Assembly (NCBI GenBank): GCA_041642175.1
Contig: JBEPWV010000001.1
Location: 1 to 31,685 of the forward strand
Direction: 5' to 3'
From: Clostridia bacterium
Lineage (GTDB): Bacteria > Bacillota > Clostridia > Tissierellales > Dethiosulfatibacteraceae
DNA length: 31,685 bases
The notes under the pieces are model-generated. The model did not search any database and was not told where the DNA came from. It saw only the letters and a program-made list of their open reading frames with translations. This document shows positions 1 through 8,968 of the stretch, in pieces. The number at the start of each line of letters is the position of its first letter. The first letter of the stretch is position 1. Position numbers and translations under genes: made by a program.

Positions 1-398
1 GCTATCATTTCCTGACCTTTTGTGTTGTTAAACAACACTCCAGTTAAATATCCGAAGAAAATTGCAATAGGTGTGGCAACTACACAGGCTAGTAAAAGTC
101 CTCCTAATCCAGTCCATCCAAAGTATAAAGCAATAATTAAAGCTATCTGTCCCGCCATTGCTCCAACAATAATACCAAAGTTAAGACCAATTCCCGCTGT
201 TATAGGGATTATCAGTGATAGAACAAGGAAAGTATTTCTGGTTATTCTTGTCATCATCTCATTTGCCAAGTAAAATACCGGTAAGTCTGATAACATAATA
301 CCTGCTACTGTTAAAAATATAAATATAAGTGTTACTACATTTTTTGTTAATAAGCTTTTTACACTTGTTTTCTTTGTATTTTTTGCTATATCTGCCAT
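1..398 (-). CDS. ABC transporter permease (CUT2 sugar/nucleoside type), partial; runs off the left window edge
   Basis: Not in the ORF track. Manual translation from ATG at 398 gives MADIAKNTKKTSVKSLLTKNVVTLIFIFLTVAGIMLSDLPVFYLANEMMTRITRNTFLVLSLIIPITAGIGLNFGIIVGAMAG..., which is hydrophobic and paralogous to the adjacent permease. It starts 1 nt after that permease's stop. Confidence 0.85.
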   Translation of the reverse strand, partial: MADIAKNTKKTSVKSLLTKNVVTLIFIFLTVAGIMLSDLPVFYLANEMMTRITRNTFLVLSLIIPITAGIGLNFGIIVGAMAGQIALIIALYFGWTGLGGLLLACVVATPIAIFFGYLTGVLFNNTKGQEMI

Positions 399-399
399 A

Positions 400-1428
400 T
401 TACTGTCCTCCATCCACTTTAGTAAGAGCGTATAGAATTATTCCGTTTTGTACAATCATTCTCGAAATTTCTGCAACACTTCCAAATGGAATAATCTCAT
501 TTAATACCGGCATGGAACTAGTAAGAGCACCTTGGAATAGAATAACTCCTATAATTACGTGGCTTACTTTCGCTCTGCTTGCCGTTGCTCCACCAATTAA
601 TACTGCTGCTACTGCAGGAAATGCCATCATTAGAGGAGCAGTATAAAGTTGAATAAACCCAAAACTCTGTGCATAAACAATAATTCCAACAGCTCCTAAA
701 TAAGTAGAAATAACATTAGCGACTATTCTTCCTCTATCAATATCTACACCTGATGCAACTGCAAATTTATTGTTCATCCCGCCAAGTTGTATAGCTGTCC
801 CCATTTTACTTTGTGTGAAAGCATAAACTAAGAAGCAGGCACCAAAAAAGAAAAGTAGTAATCCTGTAGGTACTTCTACATTTCCTATTTTAAAGTAAAG
901 AAAATTATCCAGTACTTTATATAGTGTACTTTCAAGAGTAAAGGTAGTCTTTAATCCTCTACCTATAGGCCAACGCATTATCTGACTACTAAAGGGTATT
1001 ACTATCCATGCAATACACATTAACTGTACAATAGAAAAACCGGTATAGGTGGATATAGTCATCTCTGCACCTTTACAGGCATTTAATAATTTCCCATACA
1101 AAATTCCAACAATTATAGAAAGTGGAAGAGCCATTGCAACTGCAAAAACAAATGCTGGCATTCCAACAAGATTAAATTCAATTGCTGTTGTTGCTGCTAA
1201 AAGACCCATTACAATTCCTATTGTAACAGCAAAATTTGGTCCAGTTCCAGATTGTATTGAAGGAACCATTGCCAGTACTATTACTCCATACATACCAACC
1301 CTTTGGATAAGATCCGATAATATCATTCCTATTGGTATTCCTACTACTACAGCTGTTATTAATATTATGATTAGTAGGAGTGTCATCATAAATCTAGGAA
1401 ATCCAATATCTTTAATGAATGTCGCCAT
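400..1428 (-). CDS. ABC transporter permease (CUT2 type)
   Basis: Polytopic membrane protein with a G-x-A-x-x-L-G-G-type motif (GTAIQLGGMNNKFAVASGV). The start is moved from 1452 to ATG 1428, which follows AGGAGG. Confidence 0.88.
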   Translation of the reverse strand: MATFIKDIGFPRFMMTLLLIIILITAVVVGIPIGMILSDLIQRVGMYGVIVLAMVPSIQSGTGPNFAVTIGIVMGLLAATTAIEFNLVGMPAFVFAVAMALPLSIIVGILYGKLLNACKGAEMTISTYTGFSIVQLMCIAWIVIPFSSQIMRWPIGRGLKTTFTLESTLYKVLDNFLYFKIGNVEVPTGLLLFFFGACFLVYAFTQSKMGTAIQLGGMNNKFAVASGVDIDRGRIVANVISTYLGAVGIIVYAQSFGFIQLYTAPLMMAFPAVAAVLIGGATASRAKVSHVIIGVILFQGALTSSMPVLNEIIPFGSVAEISRMIVQNGIILYALTKVDGGQ

Positions 1429-3031
1429 CTTGATCCCTCCTATCTTCATCATTTTCTATAGATTTTCCTGCCATTAATAAACCAAAGTTTGCATCGTTAT
1501 CTTCTGGTTGAAGTATCCCCGCAATTTTTCCTTCAGTCACTATGGCAATCCTGTCTGATATATTTCTCAATTCATTAAGCTCTGAAGAAGTCATCATTAT
1601 AGTCATATTATAATCTTTGTTTAGTTTTTTAAGTAAATCGAGTACAATTTTTTTAGCTCCTATATCTATCCCTCTAGTAGGCTCTGATACAAGAATTATT
1701 TCCGGATCCTGTGTAAGAGCTCTTGCTATACACACCTTTTGTTGATTACCGCCGCTAAGGCTTCCAACCATTTGTTTTGAACTTGTACATCTTATATCTA
1801 GATCTTCAATCATCTTTTCTGTACGTTCTTGAATTTTTTTCTTATCTCTAAGAGTAAAAAACTTATAATCTTTTAAATAGTCATTGTTTATATTCATAGC
1901 AGTAAATACAGTATTTAATTCAATGGTAGCATCATTTACCAGTCCAACTGCTTTTCTATCTTCAGAAACGAAAGCGATTTTTTTCTCAAGCATTTCTTTA
2001 GTAACTGGATTAGTTATATTTTCTCCTCTTAAAATTATCTCGCCTGAAGTTGGATAAAGTCCCATAATTCCATTTGATATACCCAGCTTACCTAGCCCTG
2101 CCAGACCTCCGATGCCTAAAATTTCTCCTTCATAAAGTTTAAGGTCTATACCTTTTACTTCTTCACCAGGCATTTTTACTTTAAAATCTTTAAGTTCTAA
2201 TATAGGGTCTTTGGTTGTATCAATGTTTTTTGTTTCTTTTCCTGATAATTCTATTTTTCTACCTATCATAAGCTCTGCTATTTCTCTGCTGGTAGTTTCC
2301 GAAGTTTTCTTTTTAGCTACTAACTCTCCATCTCTTAATACTGTAATGTTGTCTGATATTTCTATTACTTCATCTAATCTATGTGTTATAAATAGTATTG
2401 CTATTCCTGAATCTGCAAGCTTTCTCATTATTTTCAGCAAGTTTGTTGCTTCACTTTCTGTAAGTACAGCTGTTGGTTCATCAAATACTAAAAATTTAAT
2501 TCCTGTTTTATCAATTTCTCTTGCTATTTCAATAAACTGCATATAGCCTACAGGTAATCCAGCAACTGCAATCCATTCATCTATATTCATCTCTACTTTA
2601 TCTAAAGCTTTTCTTGCATCTCTACCCATCTTTGCATATTCTACTGTTTTTAATCTCGGCCCGAATAATCTGCTAACAAAATTATCTTTAGTAAGCTCTC
2701 TATTTAACTTAATGTTTTCTGTAATACTGTAATCAGGAATAAGCATAAACTCTTGATGAACCATACCAATCCCTAAATTCATTGCATCGAAAGATGATTT
2801 TATATCTCTTTTTTCTCCATCAAAAAATATCTCCCCTTCAAACCCACCAGTTGAATGAATTACATTCATTCCAAAAAGAATATTCATAAGAGTTGATTTT
2901 CCAGCTCCGTTTTCACCCATTAAACAATGAATTTCTCCTGGTTTAATTGAAAGATCGACATTTTTAAGTACAGTATTACCGTAATAAGTCTTGGTAACAT
3001 TTTTCATTTCTAACAAATACTCATTGTCCAT
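1412..3031 (-). CDS. ABC transporter ATP-binding protein, duplicated NBD (RbsA/MglA type)
   Basis: Walker A GENGAGKS, Walker B LVFDEPT, second-domain signature LSGGNQQK and EPTRGIDIGAK. Confidence 0.95.
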   Translation of the reverse strand: MDNEYLLEMKNVTKTYYGNTVLKNVDLSIKPGEIHCLMGENGAGKSTLMNILFGMNVIHSTGGFEGEIFFDGEKRDIKSSFDAMNLGIGMVHQEFMLIPDYSITENIKLNRELTKDNFVSRLFGPRLKTVEYAKMGRDARKALDKVEMNIDEWIAVAGLPVGYMQFIEIAREIDKTGIKFLVFDEPTAVLTESEATNLLKIMRKLADSGIAILFITHRLDEVIEISDNITVLRDGELVAKKKTSETTSREIAELMIGRKIELSGKETKNIDTTKDPILELKDFKVKMPGEEVKGIDLKLYEGEILGIGGLAGLGKLGISNGIMGLYPTSGEIILRGENITNPVTKEMLEKKIAFVSEDRKAVGLVNDATIELNTVFTAMNINNDYLKDYKFFTLRDKKKIQERTEKMIEDLDIRCTSSKQMVGSLSGGNQQKVCIARALTQDPEIILVSEPTRGIDIGAKKIVLDLLKKLNKDYNMTIMMTSSELNELRNISDRIAIVTEGKIAGILQPEDNDANFGLLMAGKSIENDEDRRDQDGDIH

Positions 3032-3057
3032 CTTGTCCCTCCATAAGTCTTAATAAG

Positions 3058-3088
3058 TTGATAGCAAGATTTTAAATCTTGCTATCAA
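3058..3088. terminator. Intercistronic stem-loop between the binding-protein and ATPase genes
   Basis: Perfect 15-bp inverted repeat TTGATAGCAAGATTT-T-AAATCTTGCTATCAA. Confidence 0.6.
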
Positions 3089-3117
3089 TTATTTTTGTTG
3101 TTATATTTATTGTTTTC

Positions 3118-4302
3118 TTAAAAGTCTACGTAATCACTAATAATCATCATGTAGTTATCATACACTGTACCATCTTGCTCTAATGGACTAAATCTCATTT
3201 CAACTCCAGCGTCTTCAAACATTAATCTTTCCATTGCAGCTTGGTCCCATCTTTCTTCAATGTCTCCATTTATCCATTCAACAGCATAATCTGCACTTGA
3301 TCTCATAAATGACATAGCCATAGGTACAGGCCAGCTTGACATTCTACCAGTCATATTGTTTTCTGACATTTTAGCTCTTATCTGTTCTATCATCCATTCA
3401 GTATCTCCCTGCTTATCTTCAGGAATGTCTATCTGTAAAGCTGAAGGGAATCCATGATATGGTGATGGACAGCATGGTTGTGGATAAATAGCTCCAGCAT
3501 CATATACAGCTTTTATTAATGGTGGTTGCTGTGAACAGTTAGTTGAGAAGAATGCAGTATCTTTACCATATTTATCAACTTGTTTAGGCACATCTTCAAG
3601 GATAAATTGTTGTGATCCAGATATTCCAGCATCTCCTGTTGGATCCGGTGAATCTACTTCAACAAATTCGATTCCTTCTTCTTCACATAAATCTCTCAAT
3701 ATATCTCTTCTCGTTGATAATAGAGCGTAAGACATATGTCTAGGGAAAGAGTAATGTACGAAAGTTTCAGCTCCCTGCTTTTTAACCTGTTCTACCATTG
3801 CAGGTCCCATTCCTAAATCATCAAGCTGAAGTACAATATCATTTCTTGAAGAAACCATTTCTGGATCTTCCTGAACTTGACCGGAAATAAGTAGTATGTC
3901 ATCTCCTCTCATTTCTCTAGCCTTTTCAAATGCTGCAGCTGTACCAGGAATAGCCTGTACAGCAATAATAGCTTTAACATCAGGATCTGATGCCATTCCT
4001 ACTATATTAGCTATAACTGTTTCCTGCTCATCCATAAATTTGTCAGGATAAGTTTGGATAAGTACATGCTCTTCACCGTACTTTTCTTGTATCTGCTGAG
4101 CTGCTCTGTACTCTTCCTCATTCTGTGAAACAGTACCAGTCGCTATACCAATTTTCCAGTTTTCATTTGCTTCTTCCGCTGGCTCTTCGCCTTCTGCCGG
4201 CTCTTCTGCTGGTTCTTCTGGTTCATCAGCTGGCTGACCGCAAGCTGCTAAACTAAAAACCATTACTATCACTAGTAATAAAACTGTGATTTTCCTAAAC
4301 AT
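3118..4302 (-). CDS. ABC substrate-binding lipoprotein, DUF3798-like
   Basis: Lipobox LAAC, acidic Glu/Pro/Ala linker, motifs FFSTNC and YPQPCCPSPYHGFP that I recognise as DUF3798-like, first gene of the ABC operon, AGGAGG RBS. Confidence 0.8.
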   Translation of the reverse strand: MFRKITVLLLVIVMVFSLAACGQPADEPEEPAEEPAEGEEPAEEANENWKIGIATGTVSQNEEEYRAAQQIQEKYGEEHVLIQTYPDKFMDEQETVIANIVGMASDPDVKAIIAVQAIPGTAAAFEKAREMRGDDILLISGQVQEDPEMVSSRNDIVLQLDDLGMGPAMVEQVKKQGAETFVHYSFPRHMSYALLSTRRDILRDLCEEEGIEFVEVDSPDPTGDAGISGSQQFILEDVPKQVDKYGKDTAFFSTNCSQQPPLIKAVYDAGAIYPQPCCPSPYHGFPSALQIDIPEDKQGDTEWMIEQIRAKMSENNMTGRMSSWPVPMAMSFMRSSADYAVEWINGDIEERWDQAAMERLMFEDAGVEMRFSPLEQDGTVYDNYMMIISDYVDF

Positions 4303-4335
4303 TTAATTCCTCCTATTAATATATATTTGATAATA

Positions 4336-4371
4336 ATTCAAATAGAATTTTTTGAAAAATTCTATTTGAAT
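4336..4371. repeat. Perfect 17-bp inverted repeat about 35 nt upstream of the SBP start codon
   Basis: ATTCAAATAGAATTTTT-TG-AAAAATTCTATTTGAAT. Confidence 0.75.
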
Positions 4372-4511
4372 TTATATCCATAATAAAACTAAAAAAATTA
4401 TTTATAATATTTTTACAACTCCATAATTATTCCTAACAGTATTTAAAATATTCATTTGTTTTATTGTTTTTTAGGTTTATCGAATGAATACCCAATTACT
4501 TATATTAGTAT

Positions 4512-4522
4512 TGGTCAGACCA
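4512..4522. promoter_or_regulatory. Candidate GntR/FadR-subfamily operator
   Basis: Palindrome TGGTC-A-GACCA fits the FadR-family TGGT-N3-ACCA consensus. It is a GC-rich spot in a very AT-rich intergenic region. Confidence 0.55.
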
Positions 4523-4755
4523 GATTTGTTGATTTTACCTTTTTAAAATGTTTAAACTTAGTCCCAATTATTTACTTATAATATACCCTATAAAGAAAGT
4601 TAATTCAAGTTTTTTTCAAGTTCTAAAGTAAACAATAAAATATAAACCGAATACCTCTTAATTACAATTTTTTATGTAGTATCTCTAATATATTATAAAA
4701 TAGAAACGTTTGCAATGTTTTTATTCTTAAGAAAATTTAACATTTATTTTATTAA

Positions 4756-6357
4756 CTACAGTTTCCACAGTAACATTATGGTAATAAAAATAATAAATAG
4801 GTAATTAGTATTAGGGAAAGTTATATTTGTTTTTCTAATTTTTTTAATTATAGCATAATCTTTTTCGATAACATATTTATATAAAGTATAACCTGTTATT
4901 AGTTTAAAAGAATATAGAATCCATTCTTTTTTATCTATCAGATTTATGTATTTAATTGGTGTTTTTAATAATAGTTCTCCGATAGGTTGATAAAAAATTC
5001 CTAAAATTATACATAGCAATCCTAAAATTACTACTGGTACTTTAGAGTTATTACAACTCTTTATTTTATATTTAATTTTCAATTCTTCCGGTTCTTTAAA
5101 TATTTGTAGAATTCTCATAAAGTAAGTTATAGTGAGTATATCTATGAAATGCATTGTGTTTATCACAAAATCATTGTTGATTCCGTATTTAATAATACTT
5201 TTACTAATATAACCATTAAAAATTGGCATTCCTGATAATGAAAAAAAACCTACTAATATAAATATCCCAATTAATGGTAACTCATGAAATATACCTCTTA
5301 TAATATTAGTATCATTTTCTTTATAGGTCTTAATTATTATACCGGCACTTAAAAAAAGCATGGACTTAAAAAAAGCATGATTGATTATATGAAGTATTCC
5401 TCCTATAATATCCCCATCTACTTGATTTAACCCTATCATTATTATTCCAATTTGAGATACAGTACTAAATGCTAAAATTTGTTTAATATCTTTTTGGCTT
5501 ACTGCAAAAATCCCTCCAGATATGGCAGTGAATAATCCTAAGATTATAAAAAATTCTCTAAAAGTCTCTAAGCCGTACATTGAATTAATTCTTATAAAAA
5601 CGTATAGACCACTTTTTACTAAAAGTCCCGATAGCAAAGCCGAAATAACCGAAGGTGCAGCACTATGAGCTTTAGGAAGCCAGTTGTAAACAGGAAAAAA
5701 TGCTGACTTAACTCCAATTGCTGCCATAATAGATATGTAGGAAATATTTGTTAGATTTAGTCCCTGAATTATATTTATTCTTCCTGTCAAAGTGTTAATA
5801 TTTAAAGTCCCTTCAGAATAATATATAAAAGCCATTCCAATAAGAAAAAACATTATCCCAACGCTGTTAAACAGCAGGTAGTAGAGTCCCGCTCTCACTG
5901 ACTCTCCTGTCATTTTGTAAAGAATAAGTATTGTTGATATTATTGTAGTAATTTCTATAAAAACAAAAAGATTAAACAAATCATTTGTTTGAAGCAATCC
6001 AAAGAATACTCCTTCTAAAAATAATAGGAAGAAATAAAATTTAGAGTCTTTTTTTCTTTCTTTCCAAGAATATATAATGACCATCCACCACATTATAATG
6101 GTTAAAAAAATAAAAGTCATAGATAGATAGTCGTTTTTCAATACAATACTGATTTTTTCACTCCAATTTCCAAGATTTAGAAATACTTCACCTTTAAGTC
6201 TATCAACATAAAAGTAGTATCTTAAAGCCAGTCCTGTAACAATGCTTTGACCTAAAAATACCAGCATATTAAATTTATAGTGGTGGGTTATATATATTAA
6301 AACACCAGTTATAACAGGTATCAATATCAATAAGACAGGTATCAAATCTATATTCAT
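4756..6357 (-). CDS. mrpD: Mrp/Mnh antiporter subunit D-like (proton-conducting transporter), copy 2
   Basis: Very hydrophobic 533 aa. Conserved FVFIE (TM5 Glu), GVKSAFFP (TM7 Lys), WLPKAHSAAP, GLLVK (TM8 Lys), AFSTVSQIG, NHAFFKSMLFL and GYISK. Confidence 0.88.
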   Translation of the reverse strand: MNIDLIPVLLILIPVITGVLIYITHHYKFNMLVFLGQSIVTGLALRYYFYVDRLKGEVFLNLGNWSEKISIVLKNDYLSMTFIFLTIIMWWMVIIYSWKERKKDSKFYFFLLFLEGVFFGLLQTNDLFNLFVFIEITTIISTILILYKMTGESVRAGLYYLLFNSVGIMFFLIGMAFIYYSEGTLNINTLTGRINIIQGLNLTNISYISIMAAIGVKSAFFPVYNWLPKAHSAAPSVISALLSGLLVKSGLYVFIRINSMYGLETFREFFIILGLFTAISGGIFAVSQKDIKQILAFSTVSQIGIIMIGLNQVDGDIIGGILHIINHAFFKSMLFLSAGIIIKTYKENDTNIIRGIFHELPLIGIFILVGFFSLSGMPIFNGYISKSIIKYGINNDFVINTMHFIDILTITYFMRILQIFKEPEELKIKYKIKSCNNSKVPVVILGLLCIILGIFYQPIGELLLKTPIKYINLIDKKEWILYSFKLITGYTLYKYVIEKDYAIIKKIRKTNITFPNTNYLFIIFITIMLLWKL

Positions 6358-6358
6358 T

Positions 6359-6688
6359 TTAACCTTCTCTTTCTAGTAGCTCGTCCCATTCTAAAGTACC
6401 GTAGTAGTGAAAGATCTTTATGCTTATCATGAAAGCAAGGGCAGTAGTAGAAGCACCTATTACTATAGTAGTAATCATTAATGCTTGAGGAAGTGGATCT
6501 ACCATATTAGGTATTCCCTCAATAATTATTGGAATGTCTCCTAGTCCAATATTCCCTAAATTTAAAAACAACAGTATTAAAGCTGTTTCTATTATACTAA
6601 AACATATAATAGATTTAATTATATTTTCACTTGTAACCATTCCATATAAACCAATTAAAATTATAACAAACGATAATATTGGATTCAT
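6359..6688 (-). CDS. mrpC: Mrp/Mnh antiporter subunit C (MbhG-like)
   Basis: DPLPQALMITTIVIG signature. The start is moved to ATG 6688, which follows GAAGGAG. Confidence 0.9.
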   Translation of the reverse strand: MNPILSFVIILIGLYGMVTSENIIKSIICFSIIETALILLFLNLGNIGLGDIPIIIEGIPNMVDPLPQALMITTIVIGASTTALAFMISIKIFHYYGTLEWDELLEREG

Positions 6689-6689
6689 A

Positions 6690-7097
6690 TTAACTCCTTC
6701 CTTCTTCAATAAAGCTTGAAAATATAGCTACTAAACCAATTGCAACTTTACTACCTATAAGAAAATTCAATAAAACCAAGAATATTCTCTTAAAGCTAAT
6801 TGCTGCTGGTATAGGTAGTGGATTTGTAAAAAAAGTTCCTTTAGTAATTAAACTTAAAGATCCCACTACTATTATCCATAAGAATAAGTGTTTTTCAAGT
6901 CTTACTAATCCATCTATAATATTAATTCTTTCGGGTATTATAAAGTATGTAATAAGTATAGCAGTTGCTAAAATAGCTCCTCCTTGAAATCCTCCACCAG
7001 GAGTTAGGTGTCCATTTACAATTACATAAAATCCAAATACCAAAATAAAAGGAAAAAGCACTCGACTAACACATGCTAATATTTGAGAATTTTTCAT
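6690..7097 (-). CDS. mrpB: Mrp/Mnh antiporter subunit B (MbhF-like)
   Basis: GHLTPGGGFQGGA signature. Confidence 0.9.
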   Translation of the reverse strand: MKNSQILACVSRVLFPFILVFGFYVIVNGHLTPGGGFQGGAILATAILITYFIIPERINIIDGLVRLEKHLFLWIIVVGSLSLITKGTFFTNPLPIPAAISFKRIFLVLLNFLIGSKVAIGLVAIFSSFIEEGRS

Positions 7098-7111
7098 TTT
7101 ACTACTCCTCT

Positions 7112-7378
7112 CTATATTGAAGGATCATCTTTTTTATACATAAAGGTAATCCCTGATACTGTTATAAGTAATAGACTGGTTTCAAAAATAGAATCAAATA
7201 ATCTGTAATCCAAATAAATACCTGTAACTATATTTTTAGAACCAGTTTCATATAATGTATTTTCTATATAATAATCTTTTGTAGTTGTTTCTATATTACC
7301 CTCTAGCCATGATATGTTAGTTGAAAAAACAAATAACATAAAGACCAACATACCAACTAAGGTTATTTTTTTAATCAT
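7112..7378 (-). CDS. Small Mrp subunit, MbhE-like (split piece of the MrpA/MrpB region)
   Basis: NIVTGIYLDYRLFDSIFE matches the N-x-V-T-A-I-x-x-D-Y-R-x-F-D-T-x-x-E motif. Confidence 0.8.
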   Translation of the reverse strand: MIKKITLVGMLVFMLFVFSTNISWLEGNIETTTKDYYIENTLYETGSKNIVTGIYLDYRLFDSIFETSLLLITVSGITFMYKKDDPSI

Positions 7379-7913
7379 TAGTTTCTACCTCTTCTTCTTT
7401 TATGATTTTAATATTATCTATATTTTTAACCTTGTTTTCAAGTTTATTTATAAGCAAACTACTTTTTTTGCCTCTTAAATAATAAGTCTTATTATCATCA
7501 GATCTATCAACTATTAAATCAACATTTCTTTCTCGAAATATCCCCTTAATATTATCTATATCTCTATCGTATATTTTTAATTCTAAATTATTATTATCTG
7601 CAAAATCTTGAAGGACTCTTCTCCCTTCTCCGGATAGAGAATTTATAAAATCATCCTTAACATGAGTTATAACAACATACTCTCTCTGCTTTGAAATAGA
7701 TATTATTAGTATTAGAGGCATTATAGCACTTCCTACTGCAATCTCAGCAAGAGCAACATCCGGTGCCTTGTTTAAAAAATAAAGCAAGGCTAAAAACAAA
7801 GAAGAAACCGAAAATAAAATAGCTACTACTGTGTTATTTTTATTTGCTACTAAAGCTATAGTTATAATAATTAGAAGTACCTGGATAAAATTTGCTAGTA
7901 CTACAGTTTCCAT
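7371..7913 (-). CDS. DUF4040/MbhD-like membrane subunit with a C-terminal soluble extension
   Basis: Three N-terminal TM helices with APDVALAEIAVG, followed by about 105 hydrophilic residues. Confidence 0.78.
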   Translation of the reverse strand: METVVLANFIQVLLIIITIALVANKNNTVVAILFSVSSLFLALLYFLNKAPDVALAEIAVGSAIMPLILIISISKQREYVVITHVKDDFINSLSGEGRRVLQDFADNNNLELKIYDRDIDNIKGIFRERNVDLIVDRSDDNKTYYLRGKKSSLLINKLENKVKNIDNIKIIKEEEVETND

Positions 7914-8206
7914 CCCTTTACCTCCTTTTCATCAACAGGTATTTCGTTTAGATACGCTGATCTAACTATAATGTGATTGCTTATAGGACCTGTGATTAAT
8001 ATGAAAACTAATATTAATATTAGTTTTACAGTGTATTCTCCTATTCCCGTGTAAAAAACAAGAGCAATTATAGCCGTAATTGAAGCTACTGTGTCAATTT
8101 TGCTGCTGGTCAGTAATCTAGAGTACATATTAGAGAATCTAAATATACCTAAAATTCCAAAAAATATGTAAATCCATGAAACGACCAAAAGAATTCTACC
8201 TATCAA
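7901..8206 (-). CDS. mrpG: Mrp/Mnh antiporter subunit G (MbhC-like)
   Basis: GIFRFSNMYSRL, SKIDT and PISNHII match MrpG motifs (G-x-x-R-x-x-D-x-Y-x-R-x-H..K-x-x-T; P-x-x-x-H). Confidence 0.82.
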   Translation of the reverse strand: MIGRILLVVSWIYIFFGILGIFRFSNMYSRLLTSSKIDTVASITAIIALVFYTGIGEYTVKLILILVFILITGPISNHIIVRSAYLNEIPVDEKEVKGWKL

Positions 8207-8472
8207 TTAGATCTACCTCCTGCTATAATAAATCTTGCAAAAAGAGTTATTGTTAAAAATCCTATTATTCCTGCAGATAAAGAAATATCCAACAGCACAG
8301 GCCTTTCCGTATATACAGCATACAAAGCTATTAATAATATAGTTTTTGCCGAAATAAGGTTCAATGCCAGTAATCTGTCCCATATAGTCGGACCGATTAT
8401 TAATCTTATTAAGGAAAACAGCATCGCTCCTACCAGAAAAAACATAGTAACAATTAAAATCATAAATTTCAT
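8203..8472 (-). CDS. mrpF: Mrp/Mnh antiporter subunit F (MbhB-like)
   Basis: RLIIGPTIWDRLLALN signature. Confidence 0.88.
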   Translation of the reverse strand: MKFMILIVTMFFLVGAMLFSLIRLIIGPTIWDRLLALNLISAKTILLIALYAVYTERPVLLDISLSAGIIGFLTITLFARFIIAGGRSN

Positions 8473-8485
8473 CCTTCCAATTATG

Positions 8486-8965
8486 TTAAATAAAAAATCT
8501 TTCGAAATTTTCTCTTATTTCTTTTCTCACCGTATCCGGACCTTCTTTGCAATCCTTTAGTGATAAAACAGTTAATTTATTTCCATCAGCATTCACAGTT
8601 ATGGTACCTGGTGTTAAGGTAATAGAGTTTGCGATAATGGCTATAATAAGAGGATCTTTAACCTTAAGTTCTATTTCCGTAATGAAAGGTTGACAGTCTT
8701 TTTTAATTATTCTCTTTATATAGCTAAAAGAAGATATATATATTTCTTTAAATAAATTAAATGTATAGGGTATTAATACTTTTATATCAATAGATTTGAA
8801 TACAAAACCTCGATGATTGTATAATATACCTTCAGAAAACTTAGTTACAAACAAACATATCAGTGCACCAGCAAATAGGTTTAAAGGTCTAAAACTCATG
8901 TTTAGTAAAAGCCAAAATCCCATTAAAACAATAAAAAGTTTATAATTGTTTCTAAATCTTCTCAT
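8486..8965 (-). CDS. mrpE: Mrp/Mnh antiporter subunit E (MbhA-like)
   Basis: ANSITLTPGTITV signature. Confidence 0.9.
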   Translation of the reverse strand: MRRFRNNYKLFIVLMGFWLLLNMSFRPLNLFAGALICLFVTKFSEGILYNHRGFVFKSIDIKVLIPYTFNLFKEIYISSFSYIKRIIKKDCQPFITEIELKVKDPLIIAIIANSITLTPGTITVNADGNKLTVLSLKDCKEGPDTVRKEIRENFERFFI

Positions 8966-8968
8966 GTA

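Noticed and set aside
22-2546. Plus-strand ORFs 22-273, 329-646, 1049-1477 and 2211-2546
   Set aside because: Antisense shadows of well-supported ABC genes, with no RBS or motifs.
4170-4235. Near-tandem GAAGAA/CCAGCA-type repeats
   Set aside because: They encode the EPAEE low-complexity linker of the lipoprotein and are not a CRISPR or phase-variation tract.
4701-4714. TAGAAACGTTTGCA, a cre/LacI-like site
   Set aside because: Three mismatches to the cre consensus, about 400 nt from the start codon, and no supporting promoter.
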